Of a stretch of 26,353 nucleotides of DNA, positions 1 through 6,790 are shown piece after piece. Each line of letters begins with the position of its first letter. The stretch's first letter is position 1. This stretch comes from a virus (taxonomy: Duplodnaviria; Caudoviricetes). A program made the translations under genes and the position numbers. The notes beneath the pieces were generated by a model. That model ran no database searches. It was given only the letters and a program-made list of their open reading frames with translations, and was not told where the DNA came from. The stretch covers positions 1-26,353 of the IMG/VR virus record IMGVR_UViG_3300048598_000020; one strand, 5' to 3'.

Positions 1-163
1 CGTCAAGTACTTCCCACTTAACCATGCCGCGAAAAGCGGTACCAGCTTGGTTTTTGGCGTAGTCAGCGGCAGTAGCCTTAACATTGTGACGGCCAATGCC
101 CACGCGAGGACGAGAGGATCCCGAGAAACTTTGTGCGGCTTTAATTGTATCGAGAAACGACAT
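1..163 (-). CDS. Truncated ORF running off the left edge (MSFLDTIKAAQSFSGSSRPRVGIGRHNVKATAADYAKNQAGTAFRGMVKWEVLD...), possibly a phage ssDNA-binding / DUF669-like protein
   Basis: Read by hand, not in the ORF track: ATG at 163-161, open to position 1. Its leader AACAGAAAGTAACATCATG nearly matches the leader at 8285-8303. SSB-like call is a loose impression only. Confidence 0.6.
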   Translation of the reverse strand, partial: MSFLDTIKAAQSFSGSSRPRVGIGRHNVKATAADYAKNQAGTAFRGMVKWEVLD

Positions 164-208
164 GATGTTACTTTCTGTTGTGTTACGAAGTGCCGTGGGT
201 TGTAGTTG

Positions 209-244
209 TTAGTATCAATAGATCACGGTCTCTACTGATACTAA
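209..244 (-). other. 14-bp hairpin in the leader of the 163..1 gene
   Basis: Minus strand TTAGTATCAGTAGA-gaccgtga-TCTATTGATACTAA; fully paired (one G-U) only on the minus-strand transcript. Confidence 0.65.
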
Positions 245-301
245 GAGATTTACACAAATCTCAGAGTATTTCTGATATTTTCACACTTTGCAAAACTTTT
301 T

Positions 302-1129
302 TTATGAAGCAAACACCTCTCTACCAATCTCCTGTAGTCGGTTATCGTTGCGCACCAAATGCCGCATATTAGCAATACACCTCCTAGCTGCATGCTCACC
401 CATTAGTGGGGCTAAATACTCTACTAAGTGTACTACCCTACCTGTAGGCTCTTGCTTGATACCCTGCAGGATGGCCTCTATTTGGTCGTCAGATAGCTCT
501 AGACGCTCCTGCAGGCACTGTATGACATGCTTATACCACTCAACTCTGATCTGCTCTTCGTGGGCCTCTGAGACCTCTCTGTCCTCAATATAGTCCATCC
601 AGGTCCGATTGTCGGTGTTATCATCATATACAGGCGCGTCCAGAGCCATCTTAATGATAGGCGGAACTTCGGGGACATCCTCCTCAGCCTCACCGCGCAT
701 ACGAGCAGCATAGCGGTGCTCCATAGTCTTGGCATGTGCTGCTATGTTGGCATCGTGCTCGCACAGCCACTGCCACAGCATGCGTCTAGTATTAAGTACT
801 ACCAGTGTGATCAGCCTAGTACCCAGATCAATTCGGTGATCTCTTATAGCTTGTAGTGTAGCCAGTTCAGCTATACCCGATAGCTCTCTCAACCGTGCAG
901 GATTACATTGGTTACGTTTAGCGATAAAGTGCCGTGCTGCTAGTACATTGCTGTAAAAGAGCAAGTCTCTAGCTGTCTCATCTCCTGCCTGTGCCTGTAG
1001 CACTAGCTGTTGCTCATCTTCGAGGGTGCACCTGAGCCAAGGGGCGTTGACGATGGCAGGAACTTGCTTACCTAGGTCAGTAGTATATCTTGTTGTACGC
1101 ATATGCATACAAGATAGGGTCTGATGCAT
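302..1129 (-). CDS. Divergent sigma70-family-like protein
   Basis: EQQLVLQAQAGDETARDLLFYSN resembles regions 1.2/2.1 (GD..AR..L..sN); LQAIRDHRIDLGTRLITL aligns to A..kFD...G.rFsTY; MALDAPVYDDNTDNRTWMDYIED resembles region 3.2. Start could be a later Met. Confidence 0.75.
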   Translation of the reverse strand: MHQTLSCMHMRTTRYTTDLGKQVPAIVNAPWLRCTLEDEQQLVLQAQAGDETARDLLFYSNVLAARHFIAKRNQCNPARLRELSGIAELATLQAIRDHRIDLGTRLITLVVLNTRRMLWQWLCEHDANIAAHAKTMEHRYAARMRGEAEEDVPEVPPIIKMALDAPVYDDNTDNRTWMDYIEDREVSEAHEEQIRVEWYKHVIQCLQERLELSDDQIEAILQGIKQEPTGRVVHLVEYLAPLMGEHAARRCIANMRHLVRNDNRLQEIGREVFAS

Positions 1130-1163
1130 ACGATTGCTAGCACTTTCGGACGTCGAGTGCTAA

Positions 1164-1655
1164 TTATCCTGTATACCTAGTGCTAGCTTGTTTCTTATGT
1201 GCAGCTTTGTATTTATTGTATGTAGATTTATTCGACAGAAGATCTCCATTAGCTAGTGCCTTATTAAGACAATATCTAGATCCAAGTCTCTTTCGACATT
1301 CCATAATATAAGAACATTCGATAGCTTTTAGCTGCTGCTCCGAATGTCCATAAGCTAATATGGTATATGTAATAGTAGGACCACCGAATTGCTGTGCTCT
1401 AGCTATTACAGGCTTGACATAGTTACTGCTAGTAGTATATGTCTTCCAGGAATTTCCTTTGCCAAAAGCCTTTGATCCAACATACTCGTCAGCAATGGCA
1501 GATCTCTCGTGCTTGATCGTAACCCTGTAGACATACCCGTGAAGCCCCTGCTCCTTAGCTGTCTGGGGATCCAGCCCACAGTAGATACCTGTGCTAGGCA
1601 GTACCACAGTGCTCGCGTCTCCAAAGGTCTCTGGTTTCTGTTGTCTCTTAGCCAT
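1164..1655 (-). CDS. GIY-YIG-like (Seg-type) free-standing endonuclease
   Basis: GYVYRVT...EYVGSK motif pair, WKTYTTSS, later E (AIECSY) and N (CLNK) placed as in the GIY-YIG fold. Confidence 0.65.
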   Translation of the reverse strand: MAKRQQKPETFGDASTVVLPSTGIYCGLDPQTAKEQGLHGYVYRVTIKHERSAIADEYVGSKAFGKGNSWKTYTTSSNYVKPVIARAQQFGGPTITYTILAYGHSEQQLKAIECSYIMECRKRLGSRYCLNKALANGDLLSNKSTYNKYKAAHKKQASTRYTG

Positions 1656-1840
1656 ACCAAGAGATTGTCACACAATCTCGCTTGTGCTACTGTCTTTGCT
1701 TCTGTTCTGCAAGTTTCTTCAATCTATCAACATTCTATCAAGGCCACGGACTGTAGATGCAAAAACTCGGTTTTGCAGAGCTTCACACGAGAAAATTTCT
1801 CCTGATCTGTTTTTTTTTCTTACATGTAAAACAGTCCTAT

Positions 1841-1866
1841 AACCCCCCTAACCCCCCACAACCCCA
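1841..1866. repeat. Three tandem C-run units (AACCCCCC-T-AACCCCCC-AC-AACCCC)
   Basis: Read directly: aaccccccta accccccaca acccca. Confidence 0.8.
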
Positions 1867-1945
1867 CTTAATTCAGGTACATTTGTCAAGTTTTTACTGC
1901 TCATATGTACACTACTGCTTATTTGAGTAACATTTTGAGTGTTTC

Positions 1946-2157
1946 AAACGCGTAAACGAATCAGTACAAAAATAGTCTACAATAGAAACATTTTGAACCA
2001 CATATAATAGAGTATTTTGTAAGTTGTTTACGCGGCGTTTATATCCGCCAACCTAGTTACACAATAGGATTAGTAGATAAATGCAAAGCAGAATCGGGCA
2101 TTCTGCCATGAATCGGGCACACATTCGGGCATTTTGCCCGTAAACAAAACGTAAACA
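1946..2157. repeat. Imperfect long inverted repeat plus short iterated motifs; candidate replication origin
   Basis: CGCGTAAAC 1949-1957 / GTTTACGCG 2026-2034; inner TACAAAAATAGTCTA / TAGAGTATTTTGTA; CGTAAACA at 2139 and 2150; TCGGGCA three times in 2091-2131. AT-rich, non-coding, upstream of helicase/primase. Confidence 0.5.
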
Positions 2158-2205
2158 TATGCTACAGAATTCTGTACTTATATTGGCATACTACTCGCTT
2201 TATAT

Positions 2206-2314
2206 GTTGTTGTCTGAAGCTCATGCCCGAGCATCAACGACTACAGCCGCAAGGCTAGCCTGGTATGTATGTAGTGATGGGGCATCGTCACTACCTCTAC
2301 ATACCAGGCTTTTT
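2206..2314 (+). ncRNA. Structured leader RNA 1: kissing-loop hairpins with terminator-like end
   Basis: GCTC-[ATGCCC]-GAGC (2219-2232, extendable outward); AGCC-[GCAA]-GGCT GNRA hairpin (2245-2256); AGCCTGGTATGTA-t-GTAGTGATG-[GGGCAT]-CGTCACTAC-ctc-TACATACCAGGCT then TTTT (2257-2314). Confidence 0.75.
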
Positions 2315-2334
2315 GTTTTCTCCAAAGGAATTAT

Positions 2335-4260
2335 ATGACATTACAAGAATTAGCTGATAAAGGCGTCTTTACAAAAGAAGCATTAGCAGCAGATAAACGC
2401 GCAATGATATCTAATATCAATGCTGGTGTAGATCCACACATGGGGTGTGTTGCGTGGATCAATAATAGAGATAAGTACATCGACGAGCTGGGGTTCGCGC
2501 CTACATTAAAAGATCTATTGTCTGTGAATGTTAATACGATTGCTGGTATAGATTATATTGATAACAAACCAATAAACACAGCAGCTAGATTAGCAAAACA
2601 AGCTGCCGATCTACTAGTTAGACTAGGTCCTGGATTTACGTTATCCCAAATTATTGATGCATTGACTCCTCCAGATGTTGATAAAGATCCACATGACATG
2701 GGTACAATAAATGACGTCTCAGAGCAAGTGCTAGATGCGTGTGGAGTGGAGTACAATTATGCTAAGTCTAAATATCGTAAGCGTTGTGTTGATGCTCATG
2801 GTACTGTTACTTATGTTGACCTATCTCCTGACACGTTTGCCACAGAAGCTCTAGTACACGCGGGAGTCTTCGCGGTGCAGTCTGGATCCCCCTACAGCCC
2901 TAAGCTTGTATTGGACAACATCCAGCGCATCCAAAATGAGCGCAGAATTAAAGACATCCAAGATCTGCAACAAGAGCTACATTATGATCCAAGGTATATT
3001 GACTTTGCTGACTCGTATTTGCGTCAAGAGTATGCCTACATGCAGATTAATGAGCCTATAGATTGTTTTCTGACTGTCAGAAAACAATGGCTTGGTATGA
3101 TCAAGCGTAGTCTGTACAGCCTCGGTTGGGGTAACTGGTATAACATATGCCTTGCTTACAAAGGTCGTCAGGGCATAGGCAAGAGTATGTACTTCAAAAA
3201 AACTCTCGAACCTTTGTTTCGTACCATGCTTAATATGTCAGCAACTATGACAGATATTTGTGATGAGCGGAGTGCAGACATGCTGCAGAACACCTTTGTA
3301 ACTATACTTGAGGAGCTGTCTGTAAACGATCAGATAGAGCGTGCAGGTACCCAAGCTACACAAGCCGCTGCACAGCTTAAGAAGGTTCTGACGAGCCAGC
3401 GCTTGACACGTCGCAGGCTCGGTACACACGTACAAGACGAGATTGAGATCAAAACCGTCTTTGCATCTGTGGCTAATGTCGACCTAAATGATGTTGTTAT
3501 GGACCAGACGGGTATGCGTAGATTTTTCCAGCTCACCTCATTAGCCACAGAGCCATGGTATGTCAAAAATCCAGAAATGGCTGCAAAGCTACAAGATGCT
3601 GATAAGGTTATAGGTCTATTTCGCGGAATTGACGAAAATCTACCACAAGGTTACTGGTATCCTGGATGCGATACTTGGGACGAGATTGCAGCTATACAAG
3701 ATACATATATCAGGCACAGTGACGCCTGGGAGTATCTGCAGGAGCACTGGGCACCAGACCCAGAAGGAGCTGTAAAACTTGCTGATATGCACGCTGACTA
3801 TCTACAATGGCGCAAAAAAGGTGGAGAAGATAAATCGTTTCCGCTTGCCCTCAACAGAGGATTCCCACGCGAAGCTCTTGCATTATATGGAGATGATGTA
3901 CGTGTGCACGTTAATGGGCAATCTAGATACCGTCTCAAGCGCATTAAAGAGACAGCATCACTGCCAGTCTGGACTCCTGGCCTAGGAGCGCCAAAGGCAC
4001 CTGCTACGCCTTTGCCCATCAGCTTCCAGGATTTTACCAATCCTGCTACAACCAAGCCTTTGCCTCCTCCTAAGACGGTGGCACAAGCCCAGGCCCAAGT
4101 AGTAACAACAACACCGGAAGCTGGTCGTCCTCCTGTACCAGACCTTAGTAATACACCTGTATCAGATCTAGCTGTTCCTGGGCACGCTTTTGACGATATT
4201 CCTATCAACCTCTTACCTGCTGATCTTCGCATTGACCCACGCTTCTCACAAGGCTTTTAA
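2335..4260 (+). CDS. VapE-like / SF3-type P-loop DNA helicase with Pro-rich C-terminal tail
   Basis: Walker A GRQGIGKS, Walker B TILEEL, FASVAN and DQTGMRRFF (D.TG.RRF typical of VapE family); AAGGA RBS upstream. Confidence 0.85.
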   Translation: MTLQELADKGVFTKEALAADKRAMISNINAGVDPHMGCVAWINNRDKYIDELGFAPTLKDLLSVNVNTIAGIDYIDNKPINTAARLAKQAADLLVRLGPGFTLSQIIDALTPPDVDKDPHDMGTINDVSEQVLDACGVEYNYAKSKYRKRCVDAHGTVTYVDLSPDTFATEALVHAGVFAVQSGSPYSPKLVLDNIQRIQNERRIKDIQDLQQELHYDPRYIDFADSYLRQEYAYMQINEPIDCFLTVRKQWLGMIKRSLYSLGWGNWYNICLAYKGRQGIGKSMYFKKTLEPLFRTMLNMSATMTDICDERSADMLQNTFVTILEELSVNDQIERAGTQATQAAAQLKKVLTSQRLTRRRLGTHVQDEIEIKTVFASVANVDLNDVVMDQTGMRRFFQLTSLATEPWYVKNPEMAAKLQDADKVIGLFRGIDENLPQGYWYPGCDTWDEIAAIQDTYIRHSDAWEYLQEHWAPDPEGAVKLADMHADYLQWRKKGGEDKSFPLALNRGFPREALALYGDDVRVHVNGQSRYRLKRIKETASLPVWTPGLGAPKAPATPLPISFQDFTNPATTKPLPPPKTVAQAQAQVVTTTPEAGRPPVPDLSNTPVSDLAVPGHAFDDIPINLLPADLRIDPRFSQGF

Positions 4261-4261
4261 T

Positions 4262-5137
4262 ATGCTATACAAGACTAATAAGTATGCCAAAGAATGGCAG
4301 CAGTACACGCAAGACCAGGCTTGGGATTACTTCTTTCAAATTTTGCCTCAACCTATAAGCGTAGACAAAGACAACTGCCCTGTATATATGTTTGCCCATG
4401 CAGACGGTGACAGGCACGACATATCTACCTGCACAGACATCTATGCCATCTTACTAGACTACGAGGACGGTACTACTCCAGAGCAGTTTGTCAGGCAGTA
4501 CAGCGATTTACAGGCTTACTGGTACACTAGTAAGTCACACACACCAGCTAGCCCAAGGTTTCGTGTTGTACTCCCTCTAATGGAGCCTATAGCCTATGAC
4601 ACTATACATAACCCAGAAGCAAAGGCGGCTCTGCAGCAGTACTTTCCTGGCAATGACGCTACATCTTATACTAATCTACAGTGTGTACCTAATAGAGGAC
4701 CCTACTATGCCTGGGGATACAATCTAGGAGAGTGCTACAGCCTAGCCAGGATCAAGCCTATACTGGAGTCACCTGAGTTCAAGTGCCAACGGCGCTCAAA
4801 TTTGAGCGCCCTGAACTCTGTATCTGAGTACAAGCGTGTAGACGACTATACCTCTTATGCCTGTGCTGTGCGTAAGGCGCACCTGGACAAACTTCAAACG
4901 CTCCCTAGAGCTGCTGGGCAATCTAGCTATAGCGAGTATTGTAGCTTGGTAGGATCAATGTTACGGGTACACGCTAATGGCCAATGGATCTGGGAGCCCC
5001 AAGACATCATTAACACCGTGTACGCCTGGAGACCTGAGCCAAGCATATACAAGATGATCTGTAACTTTGCTTCAAGGCGGCTCCTGTTGCCGCCCCAGAA
5101 GCCAGCGGTAAAGACATTTTCTGGGCTTGGAAAATGA
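4262..5137 (+). CDS. Primase/polymerase-like (AEP-type) protein
   Basis: ILLDYEDG and YTSKSHTPASPRFRVVLPL resemble phage primase N-terminal motifs. Start set at the in-frame ATG 4262, right after the helicase stop, rather than 4190. Confidence 0.7.
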   Translation: MLYKTNKYAKEWQQYTQDQAWDYFFQILPQPISVDKDNCPVYMFAHADGDRHDISTCTDIYAILLDYEDGTTPEQFVRQYSDLQAYWYTSKSHTPASPRFRVVLPLMEPIAYDTIHNPEAKAALQQYFPGNDATSYTNLQCVPNRGPYYAWGYNLGECYSLARIKPILESPEFKCQRRSNLSALNSVSEYKRVDDYTSYACAVRKAHLDKLQTLPRAAGQSSYSEYCSLVGSMLRVHANGQWIWEPQDIINTVYAWRPEPSIYKMICNFASRRLLLPPQKPAVKTFSGLGK

Positions 5138-5712
5138 CTATGCGATCAAAAGTAAGCATTGTGCAAGGCGTTGGTATTAATGACGCAACTACTTCTGTAT
5201 ACCATAAGGGTTTTCCAAATGCAGATTACGCAGCATGGTCCGATATGTTAATGAGATGTTATTGCGAGACATATCAAAAAAGCTATCCAACATATAAAGG
5301 GTGTAGCGTCTGTGCAGAGTGGTTAAGGTTCTCAACATTTCGAATATGGTATAGTACAAACTATAAGGAAGGGTTTGAATTAGATAAAGACCTTCTTGTA
5401 CCGGGAAATAAGGTATACTCACCAGACACATGCCGATATGTCCCACATTACATCAACTCATTGTTGTTGTCTAGTAATTCTCGTAGAGGAGAATATCCAT
5501 TAGGTGTGTCGAAAAGCTACAATCTATACTTAGCGTCTTGTCGGTCATCTACTGGCAAGAGACTTACACAGACGTTTTCGACAGTTGATGAAGCTGCTTC
5601 CTGGTACAAACAAACCAAGAAGCGAGTAATCAAAGAGCAAGCTATCCAGGCTTTCCTAGACAACGCGATCAAGACAGATGTTTACTTGGCTCTCGTAAGA
5701 CGTGAGTTCTGA
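5134..5712 (+). CDS. HNH-like homing endonuclease (copy 1)
   Basis: GVGIND, W..ML.RCY, YPTYKGCSVC.EW..F, LDKD...GNK.YSP..C..VP..IN pattern of a common phage HNH-like family; ATGA overlap with the primase stop. Confidence 0.8.
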   Translation: MTMRSKVSIVQGVGINDATTSVYHKGFPNADYAAWSDMLMRCYCETYQKSYPTYKGCSVCAEWLRFSTFRIWYSTNYKEGFELDKDLLVPGNKVYSPDTCRYVPHYINSLLLSSNSRRGEYPLGVSKSYNLYLASCRSSTGKRLTQTFSTVDEAASWYKQTKKRVIKEQAIQAFLDNAIKTDVYLALVRREF

Positions 5713-5736
5713 TTTATTCTCAAAAAGTTTTGCAAA

Positions 5737-5778
5737 ATGAAGAAAACCCTAGCCAAACTCAATTTTTGATAGTATCTT
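5737..5778 (+). promoter_or_regulatory. Sigma70-type promoter TAGCCA-17-TATCTT with A-rich upstream box
   Basis: -35 at 5750-5755, -10 at 5773-5778; shares ATGAAGAAAA, spacing and TATCTTT with the promoter at 17986-18028; predicted start coincides with the hairpin at 5784. Confidence 0.6.
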
Positions 5779-5783
5779 TTATT

Positions 5784-5876
5784 AAGAGCTGCTGACCCAG
5801 CTCTTCCGGTTAACTCTTGAGGCTCCAAGCCGTCCGATGGTCAGATCGGGCATAAGTCTTGGGGCCTTCTTTTTTT
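5784..5876 (+). ncRNA. Structured leader RNA 2: kissing-loop hairpins with terminator-like end
   Basis: AAGAGCTG-[CTGACC]-CAGCTCTT (5784-5805); AGGCTCCAAG-cc-GTCCGAT-[GGTCAG]-ATCGGGC-ataagt-CTTGGGGCCT then TCTTTTTTT (5820-5876). Confidence 0.75.
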
Positions 5877-5890
5877 GAAGGAACTGAACA

Positions 5891-6187
5891 ATGACTATCT
5901 ACAACATCCAATTCGCACCGACCCTTGAAGACCTTGATGACACTAAGTATGGACTTGCACAGGGTGGTACTGGCGTATGGCGTATTGATGGCGGTATTCG
6001 TGGCAAAAAAGAGATCATCGCCAACATCCGTAAGTACGCTCGGAAGCATCTGCATGAGGCCAAAAAGACTGAGCGTCCTGACATGCCTGATTTCTTTTTT
6101 GTCCGTGCTTACAAGCTGTACTACCTGGACAGCTACACTGGTGCTGGTGTGTGGCAGGCTGCTAATGTCGAGGGAACTATCAAGTGA
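5891..6187 (+). CDS. Hypothetical protein (98 aa)
   Basis: ORF with GAAGGAA RBS directly after leader RNA 2; GTGA overlap with next gene. Confidence 0.75.
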   Translation: MTIYNIQFAPTLEDLDDTKYGLAQGGTGVWRIDGGIRGKKEIIANIRKYARKHLHEAKKTERPDMPDFFFVRAYKLYYLDSYTGAGVWQAANVEGTIK

Positions 6188-6747
6188 GATCAGGTGTTTA
6201 CAGACACGGAATAAACGATGTAAGCGACTTTACTTGGGTGGATGGAAAGATGCCGCGAGATCTTAGAACGTGGTATAATATGCTGGAGCGCTGCTATTCG
6301 GAAAAATCTCACTTACATCGCCCTACCTATGTCGGCTGCTCTGTCTGTCCAGAGTGGTTGTACTTCTCACAGTTTAAGGCATGGTATGACGAGAATTATC
6401 GGGAAGGGTTCCAGTTGGACAAAGACATTTTGGTTCCAGGCAACAAGATCTACTCGCCTGAATCTTGTCGGTATGTGCCTCCATATATAAATAGCCTACT
6501 TCTTGATTGTGGTGCTTCTCGCGGCGAATTGCCCTTAGGCATAGACAGGAATAGGACGGCATTCAGGGCCGCTTGTAGTAATAGACAAGGAAAGAGGGTT
6601 TCCAGAAATTTCGGTACAGTGGAAGATGCTGTCGCCTGGTACAAAGAAACCAAAAAGTGCATCGTTAAACAACAGGCTATCCACGCATTCCTGGCTAATG
6701 AGATTAAGAGTGATGTTTATCTTGCTCTAGTACAGAGGAATTTCTAA
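6184..6747 (+). CDS. HNH-like homing endonuclease (copy 2)
   Basis: Same motifs as 5134..5712 and a closely similar C-terminus (QAIHAFLANEIKSDVYLALVQRNF vs QAIQAFLDNAIKTDVYLALVRREF). Confidence 0.8.
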   Translation: MRSGVYRHGINDVSDFTWVDGKMPRDLRTWYNMLERCYSEKSHLHRPTYVGCSVCPEWLYFSQFKAWYDENYREGFQLDKDILVPGNKIYSPESCRYVPPYINSLLLDCGASRGELPLGIDRNRTAFRAACSNRQGKRVSRNFGTVEDAVAWYKETKKCIVKQQAIHAFLANEIKSDVYLALVQRNF

Positions 6748-6790
6748 TACCATACCGTGAGGCTGAACCTCTTAAAATAAGGAATCGAAC

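Noticed and set aside
178-735. Short ORFs 178..372, 288..593, 499..735
   Set aside because: They overlap the sigma gene or regulatory DNA, with no RBS or recognisable motifs.
1138-1162. Hairpin TAGCAC...GTGCTA between nuclease and sigma genes, loop containing GACGT
   Set aside because: Real but short, no U-tract and no partner loop found; not counted as a terminator or kissing-loop element.
2177-2189. Plus-strand CTTATATTGGCAT resembling the late box
   Set aside because: Only TATATTGG matches, in AT-rich DNA and without an ATG; it might be the promoter of leader 1 but I cannot support that.
2265-2357. 30-codon ORF (MYVVMGHRHY...) through the leader-1 hairpin
   Set aside because: No RBS and the start is buried in the stem; a leader peptide is possible but unsupported.
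4190-4261. ORF-track N-terminal extension of the primase, or a helicase-primase frameshift fusion
   Set aside because: A plain ATG sits 1 nt after the helicase stop and I see no convincing slippery site.
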